Position numbers and translations under genes: made by a program
In this document: positions 36,405-43,069 of the stretch, one piece after another
Layout of the letters: every line of letters begins with the position of its first letter
Position numbering within the stretch: the stretch's first letter is position 1
Notes under the pieces: model-generated
Seen by the model: only the letters and a program-made list of their open reading frames with translations
Database searches by the model: none
What the model was told of the DNA's origin: nothing
Source: an uncultured Muribaculaceae bacterium
Lineage (GTDB): Bacteria > Bacillota_I > Bacilli_A > RF39 > UBA660
DNA: 43,069 nt
Assembly (NCBI GenBank): GCA_964371705.1
Contig: CAYJNH010000002.1
Coordinates: 1 to 43,069 of the forward strand
Direction of reading: 5' to 3'

Positions 36405-37625
36405 TTAAATATTTAATGGGTATTTATTTGTTATTTTTTTAACTTCTAGTTTAAGTTCTTTTAATTTATTTTCGTTTTCTTTATTTTTAAATGCTTCTGC
36501 TATTATTCTAGCAATACTTCTAAAATCATCTTCATTTAATCCTCTAGTAGTCATTGCTGCTGTACCAACTCTAATACCGCTTGTAACAAATGGACTCTCT
36601 GTTTCACCTGGAATAGTATTTTTATTTACTGTAATACATATTTTATCTAATAATTTTTCTGCATCTTTACCAGTTAAATTAAAATTATCTTTAACATTTA
36701 TTAAAAACATATGGTTATCTGTACCACCAGAAACTATTTTGAATCCTTCTTTAATAAATTCTTCGCTAAAAGCTTTTGAATTAGATACTACTTTTTTTGC
36801 ATAATCTTTAAAATCAGGTTTTAAAGCTTCGTAAAAACATTGGGCTTTAGCTCCGATAATATGCATTAGAGGTCCACCTTGAGTACCTGGAAATATAACT
36901 TTATCAATTTTTTTTGCTATTTCCTCGTTATTTGTTAAAATTATTCCACCACGAGGACCTCTAAGGGTTTTATGAGTAGTTGAAGTTACTACATCTGCAT
37001 AAGGAAATGCACTTGGATGCATACCACCTGCTATGAGTCCAGCAATATGAGCCATATCCACCATTAAGTAAGCTCCAACTTTATCACTTATATCTCTAAA
37101 TTTTTTAAAATCTATTATTCTTGAATAAGCAGAAGCTCCTGCTATAATCATTTTAGGTTTTTCTTTTACAGCTAATTTTTCTAATTCGTTATAATCAATA
37201 TATTCATCTTTTCCTAAATCATACTGCACAACTTCGTAATCTTGCCCAGAAAAAGACATTTTATGACCATGTGTTAAGTGTCCGCCATTAGATAAATTCA
37301 TTCCTAAAACTTTATCTCCGTGATTTAATAAAGCTCTGTATACTGCCATGTTAGCACTTGATCCACAATGAGGTTGTACATTTGCATATTTACAATCAAA
37401 TAAATTACAAGCATACTCTATAGCTTTACTCTCAAATATATCTACATTTTCACAACCACCATAATATCTTTTTGAAGGATATCCTTCAGCATATTTATTT
37501 GTAAGTATACTTCCTGATAAAGCAAGCACATCTTTTGAAGCATAATTTTCTGATGCAATTAGTTCAATATTTTCTTCTTGTCTTTGTTTTTCTTTTTCTA
37601 ATGCTTCTTTTAAAATTTTATCCAT
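36405..37625 (-). CDS. glyA: serine hydroxymethyltransferase
   Basis: [22 protein letters not shown] and the PLP-lysine segment [14 protein letters not shown]. Trimmed to ATG 37625. Confidence 0.97.
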   Translation of the reverse strand: MDKILKEALEKEKQRQEENIELIASENYASKDVLALSGSILTNKYAEGYPSKRYYGGCENVDIFESKAIEYACNLFDCKYANVQPHCGSSANMAVYRALLNHGDKVLGMNLSNGGHLTHGHKMSFSGQDYEVVQYDLGKDEYIDYNELEKLAVKEKPKMIIAGASAYSRIIDFKKFRDISDKVGAYLMVDMAHIAGLIAGGMHPSAFPYADVVTSTTHKTLRGPRGGIILTNNEEIAKKIDKVIFPGTQGGPLMHIIGAKAQCFYEALKPDFKDYAKKVVSNSKAFSEEFIKEGFKIVSGGTDNHMFLINVKDNFNLTGKDAEKLLDKICITVNKNTIPGETESPFVTSGIRVGTAAMTTRGLNEDDFRSIARIIAEAFKNKENENKLKELKLEVKKITNKYPLNI

Positions 37626-38454
37626 TGTTAATCCTTTCATAAGCTTCTAAAGTATTAGAAACTACCATTGCCACTGTCATAGGTCCAACACCTCCTGGAA
37701 CTGGAGTAATATAAGAAACCTTATTTTTTACATTTTCATAATCTACATCTCCGGTAAGTTTTCCATCTACCCTAGATATTCCTACATCTATAATAACAGA
37801 ATTTTCTTTTACTAATTCTTTTTTTATTAAATGAGTTACACCTGCTGCACTTATTAATATATCTGCTTTACTGCATTTATCTTTTAAATCAACTGTTTTG
37901 GAGTGACAAACTGTAACTGTTGCGCCTAAATTAAGCATAGCCAGTGTTAAAGGTTTGCCTACTAAATTACCTTTTCCTACTATCACAACATCTTTTCCAC
38001 TTATAGAAAGTTTATAATAATTTAATAATTCAATAATGCCTTTGACTGTGCAAGGAAGTACTGGATTTTCATTTAAATAATTTTTATATGTATTTTCCAT
38101 TCCTAATCCATCAATGTCTTTTAAATAATTTATTTTAGATGCACATTTTTTAAAATCTATGTGACTAGGTGTTGGACTTTGAACAATAAGTCCGTGTATA
38201 TTATTATTTTCATTAATGTTTTGTATTAAATCTATTACTTCATTTTCAGTAACTGTTTCTTCTAATTCATATAAATATGGTTTTATTCCAACCATTTCAC
38301 ACTTTTTTATTTTATTATTTACATATATTCTACTAGCTGGATCACTTCCTATTAAAATAATCCCCATTCCCACATTTAAATTATTGACTTCTATTTTTTC
38401 TTTTATATTAATTAACAAGTCATCACTTACTTTTTTACCATCTAATATATTCAT
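37618..38454 (-). CDS. folD: bifunctional methylene-THF dehydrogenase / methenyl-THF cyclohydrolase
   Basis: [39 protein letters not shown] and [14 protein letters not shown]. Confidence 0.96.
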   Translation of the reverse strand: MNILDGKKVSDDLLINIKEKIEVNNLNVGMGIILIGSDPASRIYVNNKIKKCEMVGIKPYLYELEETVTENEVIDLIQNINENNNIHGLIVQSPTPSHIDFKKCASKINYLKDIDGLGMENTYKNYLNENPVLPCTVKGIIELLNYYKLSISGKDVVIVGKGNLVGKPLTLAMLNLGATVTVCHSKTVDLKDKCSKADILISAAGVTHLIKKELVKENSVIIDVGISRVDGKLTGDVDYENVKNKVSYITPVPGGVGPMTVAMVVSNTLEAYERINNG

Positions 38455-39467
38455 TATAACTCCTCATCAAATAGTGTTGCTGCAAAACTTATTCCTAAAT
38501 GTTTATAAGCTTTTTCGCATGCTACTCTGCCACTACGCGTTCTTTTAATAAATCCTTCTTGAAGTAAAAAGGGCTCTACTACATCTTCAATTGTTGTAAC
38601 TTCTTCACCTATACTAGTTGCTATAGTTTGCGCACCTACTGGTCCTCCATTAAATTTTTCAATTAATGCTTTTAAATATTCTATATCTATATTATCAAGC
38701 CCGTAATTATCTACATTTAATCTTTTAAGTGCCACTTTAGTTATTTCTATGTCTATTTTTCCATTTCCATCTACTAATGCAAAATCTCTAACTCTTTTAA
38801 ATAATCTATTAGCAACTCTTGGTGTTTTTCTACTTCTTTTAGCTATTTCAAGTGCTGCATCTGCATCTATATCCATATCAAGAACTCTACTAGTCCTTTT
38901 TACTATTTGTGCAAGTTCATCATTTGTATAATATTCAAGTTTATTAATTATACCAAATCTATCTCTTAAAGGACTTGATAAATCTCCTGCTCTTGTTGTT
39001 GCCCCAACTAATGTAAATGGAGGCAAATCTATTTTTATACTTCTGCTTTTTCCTTCGTTTGACAAAATTATATCTAAAGAAAAATCTTCCATTGCTGGAT
39101 AAAGTATTTCTTCAATAAATGCAGGCATACGATGTATTTCATCGACAAATAGAACATCTCCTGGCTCTAAATTAGATAAAATAGCTGCTAAATCACCACT
39201 TTTTTCAATAGATGGACCACTAGCTGTTTTTATACCTGATTCCATTTCATTTGCTATTATATGTGCAAGTGTTGTTTTACCTAAACCTGGTGGACCATAT
39301 AATAATACATGATCAAGTGGTTCTTCTCTCATTTTAGCTGCTTTTATAAAAATACTTAAATTTTCTTTTAATTCTTTTTGACCAATATATTCTTCTAAAC
39401 TTTCAGGTCTAATGTTTTTTTCAAATATATCTTCTATATTTTCATTTGCATCTACTATTTTGTTCAT
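38454..39467 (-). CDS. ruvB: Holliday junction branch-migration ATPase RuvB
   Basis: [12 protein letters not shown], Walker [10 protein letters not shown], Walker [10 protein letters not shown], and [10 protein letters not shown]. Confidence 0.98.
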   Translation of the reverse strand: MNKIVDANENIEDIFEKNIRPESLEEYIGQKELKENLSIFIKAAKMREEPLDHVLLYGPPGLGKTTLAHIIANEMESGIKTASGPSIEKSGDLAAILSNLEPGDVLFVDEIHRMPAFIEEILYPAMEDFSLDIILSNEGKSRSIKIDLPPFTLVGATTRAGDLSSPLRDRFGIINKLEYYTNDELAQIVKRTSRVLDMDIDADAALEIAKRSRKTPRVANRLFKRVRDFALVDGNGKIDIEITKVALKRLNVDNYGLDNIDIEYLKALIEKFNGGPVGAQTIATSIGEEVTTIEDVVEPFLLQEGFIKRTRSGRVACEKAYKHLGISFAATLFDEEL

Positions 39468-39998
39468 TTAATATCCTTTCTTTTTGATGTAAGTTAATAA
39501 TTCTTCCCAAGAATATACAAAATCATAATCATGATCTTTTTCTTTATTTCCAAACATTAATGCATTTATACCAGCTTTTTTAATGCTATCTAAATTAAAT
39601 ACATGATCATCTACATAAAGATTTACACCTTCTGATTTTGCTACCTTACCTTTATTTTCCACTTCAAAAAATACTTTGTCATACTTTAAATTCCACTTCT
39701 TAAAATTATTAAGTGTAATATCAATTACTTTAGAATCTTCAAGATAACCTCTTCTGGTAATTATTATTATCTTGTGTCCTTTTAAATTAAGGTAGTCAAA
39801 CACTTCTTTAACACCTTTATGAAGTTTTTCATTTTTCTTAAAATCTAGCAAATACTTTTTTACAAAATCAACATAAATATCTCTAGGAAGCATTTTGAAA
39901 TTATCTGCATATTTTTTATATTCCGATTTCAAAAATATTTCATTAACTATACCAGCACTATCAACCATAGTGTTATCCACATCAAAACCTATTACCAT
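39468..39998 (-). CDS. HAD-superfamily phosphatase (nucleotidase-like)
   Basis: The DxDxT motif FDVDNTMVDS at the N-terminus, IIIITRR (motif II-like) and YVDDH (motif IV). The stop abuts the ruvB start. Confidence 0.65.
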   Translation of the reverse strand: MVIGFDVDNTMVDSAGIVNEIFLKSEYKKYADNFKMLPRDIYVDFVKKYLLDFKKNEKLHKGVKEVFDYLNLKGHKIIIITRRGYLEDSKVIDITLNNFKKWNLKYDKVFFEVENKGKVAKSEGVNLYVDDHVFNLDSIKKAGINALMFGNKEKDHDYDFVYSWEELLTYIKKKGY

Positions 39999-40014
39999 TT
40001 TTTTCTCCTATTTC

Positions 40015-40043
40015 ATTATATAACAAAAATACATTTGTGTAAA
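40015..40043 (-). promoter_or_regulatory. sigma-A promoter upstream of the HAD-ruvB-folD-glyA-thyX-tmk unit
   Basis: TTTACA (40043-40038), 17-nt spacer, TATAAT (40020-40015). Confidence 0.5.
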
Positions 40044-40058
40044 TAGTACACATTGAAT

Positions 40059-40490
40059 TTATTTACATATTTCTTCTTCATTTACAGTGCAACTTTTAAT
40101 TGATATAAATTCTGAATATACAATATCATTTTCTATATATATTATCATTTCATCTTTTGCCATATCTTTGTCAGTGATACTGTTTTTATAGCAACTTTCA
40201 CCATCACACTCGTCACTTATTTTTATATAATCTTTTATGCTATCTACTGTAATTTCCTTGCAGTTTAATATTATCTTTTCATTTATATAACATGTATCAG
40301 TAAGCAAAACTTGATTATCTATCCCATAATTTTTTGCTCCTAAAAGTAAATGTTCTTTTTGTCCTTCAAATATTTCATTTAATGTTATTTTTTCAAATTG
40401 CGACACACCAATAACTGCAATAGTACCTATAATTCCTATTACTAATATGACACTTATTATTTCCATTAAAGTGAACCCTTTATTATTCAT
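40059..40490 (-). CDS. type IV pilin / pseudopilin-like protein with prepilin N-terminal methylation motif
   Basis: MNNKGFTLMEIISVILVIGIIGTIAV carries the G-F-T-L-x-E cleavage/methylation motif plus a hydrophobic helix. The C-terminal domain has six Cys. Confidence 0.75.
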   Translation of the reverse strand: MNNKGFTLMEIISVILVIGIIGTIAVIGVSQFEKITLNEIFEGQKEHLLLGAKNYGIDNQVLLTDTCYINEKIILNCKEITVDSIKDYIKISDECDGESCYKNSITDKDMAKDEMIIYIENDIVYSEFISIKSCTVNEEEICK

Positions 40491-40497
40491 ATTTCAC

Positions 40498-41052
40498 CTA
40501 TTTCATAAGAAGTTTTAAAGCTTCTTTTACTTGTTCTTCTAATGTTTTGGATTTATCTACATTTGTTATAACTTTTTTTATTTCAGTTAATTTATATCCT
40601 AGAGAAGCTAACACATCTATTAAATCATCTGTTGTATCTTCTTCCACTTCTCCTGCTTCAATATTAATTTTACCTTTTAAGTCAAGTATTATTTGTCTAG
40701 CAAGCTTGTCTCCTACTTTAGGAAATTTTGTTAAATACAATGTATTTTCTCTGTTAATTGCATCTACGATTCCTGCTATAGATCCTGTTGCAAATATAGG
40801 CATTGCCACTTTAGGTCCTAACCCTTTAACACTTATAAGTTTTAAAAACAATTCTAACTCTTCACTACTTTTAAATCCATATAAACTATATTCGTCTTCT
40901 CTTATATGAGAGTAAACATATACTTTATATTTATTTTCTAATTCATAACTAAATGGATTTGGTACAAACACTTTATACCCAACACTATTTACATCAATTA
41001 CTATAAAATTACTTCCTTGTTCATCTATTTTTCCTTTAAAATATCTATACAT
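40498..41052 (-). CDS. ruvA: Holliday junction DNA helicase subunit RuvA
   Basis: MYRYFKGKI...VIDVNSVGYKVFVP (OB domain), LISVKGLGPKVA (HhH) and a C-terminal domain III. Trimmed to ATG 41052, with GGGTGA upstream. Confidence 0.93.
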   Translation of the reverse strand: MYRYFKGKIDEQGSNFIVIDVNSVGYKVFVPNPFSYELENKYKVYVYSHIREDEYSLYGFKSSEELELFLKLISVKGLGPKVAMPIFATGSIAGIVDAINRENTLYLTKFPKVGDKLARQIILDLKGKINIEAGEVEEDTTDDLIDVLASLGYKLTEIKKVITNVDKSKTLEEQVKEALKLLMK

Positions 41053-41094
41053 TTCTATCACCCTATTAACATTTTATCAAAATTATTTGTAATA

Positions 41095-41121
41095 TAAAAG
41101 AAAAAAGACTAAATATAGTCT
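41095..41121 (-). terminator. intrinsic terminator after trxA
   Basis: On the minus strand: AGACTA-tatt-TAGTCT (41121-41116 / 41111-41106) followed by TTTTTCTTTT. Confidence 0.55.
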
Positions 41122-41129
41122 CTTTTCTT

Positions 41130-41423
41130 TTACTTATTACATAACTGTAGTAATTCTTCTTTATTTTTAAACCCCACTGCTTTATTAATTTCTTTACCTT
41201 TTTCAAAATAAATAATAGTTGGAATACTCATCACTCCATATTTATTTGATATATCTTGAAACTCATCAATGTTTACTTTAATAATTTCCACTTCGTTTAT
41301 AGTTTCAAGTACTGGGCCAAGCATTTTACATGGCCCACACCAATCTGCATAAAAATCCACTAAATAATTTCCTTCATTTATTAAATTATTGAAATCATCT
41401 TCTTTACTTAAATATTTAATCAT
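41130..41423 (-). CDS. trxA: thioredoxin
   Basis: WCGPC active site (FYADWCGPCKMLGP). Length 97 aa. Confidence 0.93.
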   Translation of the reverse strand: MIKYLSKEDDFNNLINEGNYLVDFYADWCGPCKMLGPVLETINEVEIIKVNIDEFQDISNKYGVMSIPTIIYFEKGKEINKAVGFKNKEELLQLCNK

Positions 41424-41434
41424 ATTTTCCTCCT

Positions 41435-42130
41435 TTAATTAAATTGTATCCCTGGTAAATTTATTTTTTCTTCATCTATTAGCTGTTGAGCTGTTTCTTT
41501 TGATATCATTCCGTATTTTATCAATACTTCTAGCACTTCTACATGAAAATCTGTTAAATCATCGCCATCTTCATAATTTTTTATCAACTCGTTAATTTCT
41601 TCTGTAGTTACTGTTGTATCAGATAGAACTGTTCTTACTATCGGAGTTCTATTTATCACATTACTAGCAAATGCACTTTCCAAAACATATTCTTGAGTTT
41701 GCGGTATTTGAATTAGAACTATAATTATTACAAACGTGTATATCATACCTTCAACCAAACCTGCTAGAGCACCTAAAATTTTATCTGGTAAATATAATAT
41801 AACTGTTGCTTTTAATACTTTATCTACTAAACCAGCTATACAAACTAATATATTTAATATACAGTATAGAAGTATAAATATTAGTACAAACGATACTCCA
41901 TTATAAAACAAAATATTAATTGATCCTATGTCACTGAAAATTCCACCGAAATCAAAAAATGGCATAAATCCTATTAAAAAATTAGCTAGTACTCCTTTAA
42001 GAACATAAGAAATAATCGTTATTACTATTAAACCTAGTAATCTAACAGTTGTTTTTATTACACCTTTTTTATATCCTAGAATAACTGTTAAAAGAACTAA
42101 TACAAATATACCTATATCTATAAAATTCAT
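41435..42130 (-). CDS. cvpA: CvpA-family membrane protein with soluble C-terminal extension
   Basis: MNFIDIGIFVLVLLTVILGYKKGVIKT is a typical CvpA start, followed by about 4 TM segments. It sits divergent from rnhC, as yshB does in B. subtilis. Confidence 0.72.
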   Translation of the reverse strand: MNFIDIGIFVLVLLTVILGYKKGVIKTTVRLLGLIVITIISYVLKGVLANFLIGFMPFFDFGGIFSDIGSINILFYNGVSFVLIFILLYCILNILVCIAGLVDKVLKATVILYLPDKILGALAGLVEGMIYTFVIIIVLIQIPQTQEYVLESAFASNVINRTPIVRTVLSDTTVTTEEINELIKNYEDGDDLTDFHVEVLEVLIKYGMISKETAQQLIDEEKINLPGIQFN

Positions 42131-42217
42131 ATCTAAACCCTCTTCCTATTATTAATTATATAACAATTATAATGAAAAATAAAGTTATTTATGATAAAAT
42201 ATATTTAGGTGATGTAA

Positions 42218-43069
42218 ATGGTTTTTGTATTTAAACCCAGTGAAAATGTAAAAAAGAAAATAATTGAATATTATGATAATTTAAAAAAGGACTCTGCTCC
42301 TCCATATTCTGTATTTCAGGCTATGGATGCTGATACTACTGTTACTTTATATGAAAGTGGAAAAGTTATGTTTCAAGGAATAAGTGCAGATGTTGATGTA
42401 AATATATGGGCTGCTATGGAAAGAAAACTTAATAACAGAGATGTTTTAAAAGAAAATGACAAGAAAGACAAGAAGGATAAAGATAAAGACAAAAACAAAG
42501 ATAAAGAAAATTCTTATGAATATTTAAAACATATTTCTACAGTTGGATCTGATGAAGTTGGAACAGGAGATTATTTTGGACCTATTATAGTCACTGCTAC
42601 TTATGTTTCAAAAGAAAACATTGTTAGACTTTCTGAACTTAATATTGGAGATTCGAAGAAAATGACTGATGATAGAATAAAAGAAGTTGCTCCTACTATT
42701 ATGAAATTTCTTCCTTATTCTACTCTTTGTTTAAGTAATCCAGAGTTTAATAATATTCAGGACTATAATATGAACAAAATCAAAACTATACTTCATAATA
42801 AAGTTTTATATTCACTTCTTTTAAAAGAAGATGTTAAACCAGAGAGAATTGTAGTAGATCAATTTACTACTCCTAAAAGTTATTTTGGATATATTACCGA
42901 TGCTCCTAATGTTGTTAAAAATATTACTTTTTTAACTAAAGCTGAAGATAAAGTTTATTCAGTTGCTGCTGCTTCTGTTATAAGTAGATATTTATTTTTA
43001 ACTAAAATGAAAGAAATGAATGATGAACTTGGAAAAGTTGTCCCTCTTGGAGCAGGAGTTTTAGTTGAT
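42218..43069 (+). CDS. rnhC: ribonuclease HIII, 3' end beyond the window
   Basis: ATG 42218 with AGGTGA 5 nt upstream. The frame stays open to the window edge (852 nt). It has an N-terminal TBP-like domain (VTLYESGKVMFQG), then GSDEVGTGDYFGP (catalytic DE), DSKK and VDQF... as in B. subtilis RnhC. It is missing from the ORF track because no stop codon is reached. Confidence 0.88.
   Translation, partial: MVFVFKPSENVKKKIIEYYDNLKKDSAPPYSVFQAMDADTTVTLYESGKVMFQGISADVDVNIWAAMERKLNNRDVLKENDKKDKKDKDKDKNKDKENSYEYLKHISTVGSDEVGTGDYFGPIIVTATYVSKENIVRLSELNIGDSKKMTDDRIKEVAPTIMKFLPYSTLCLSNPEFNNIQDYNMNKIKTILHNKVLYSLLLKEDVKPERIVVDQFTTPKSYFGYITDAPNVVKNITFLTKAEDKVYSVAAASVISRYLFLTKMKEMNDELGKVVPLGAGVLVD

Noticed and set aside
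42455-42520. Treating the GAC/AAG/GAT/AAA-rich stretch as a separate tandem-repeat feature.
   Set aside because: It is imperfect and lies in frame within rnhC, where it encodes the KD-rich linker. I report it only as a property of that CDS.

Overview
A 43-kb chromosomal segment from a very AT-rich, cell-wall-bearing Bacillota-type bacterium. The genetic code is standard: TGA is used as a stop in four ATGA stop/start overlaps, and Trp is encoded by TGG. About 60 of 65 genes lie on the minus strand. I found no rRNA, CRISPR array, transposase or integrase.

Most of the window is housekeeping sequence arranged in blocks that match Bacillus subtilis gene order:
- ireB-ruvX-yrzB-mltG-trmR plus two U32 genes
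- a TrmH-family gene, then rimM-trmD ... rplS-lepB
- cvpA-trxA-ruvA ... ruvB ... queA ... tgt
- divergent rnhC at the right edge

These blocks are interrupted by accessory insertions.
- **Large non-coding RNA module.** This is the most unusual feature. A promoter-to-terminator module lies between trmD and rplS. It holds a roughly 0.5-kb ORF-free, G+C-enriched segment, probably a large structured RNA, followed by a four-TM DxxxD membrane protein. The arrangement resembles OLE RNA with OapA, but the RNA is shorter and sits in a different genomic context.
- **Alkylation-repair island.** alkD-like, adaA, ogt, a DUF1848 gene and tag.
- **CYTH / Ppx-GppA cluster.** It includes two translationally coupled mini-ORFs.
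- **dTMP operon.** folD-glyA-thyX-tmk, containing an internally duplicated ThyX-like protein with complementary motif loss.
- **Smaller items.** A stand-alone Fic cassette, orphan pilin-like genes, a protein built of alpha-CTD-like repeats, a secreted nuclease coupled to a small upstream gene, an alpha/beta-hydrolase pseudogene, and two tRNAs.

All functional calls come from motifs read in the supplied translations. No database search was run.
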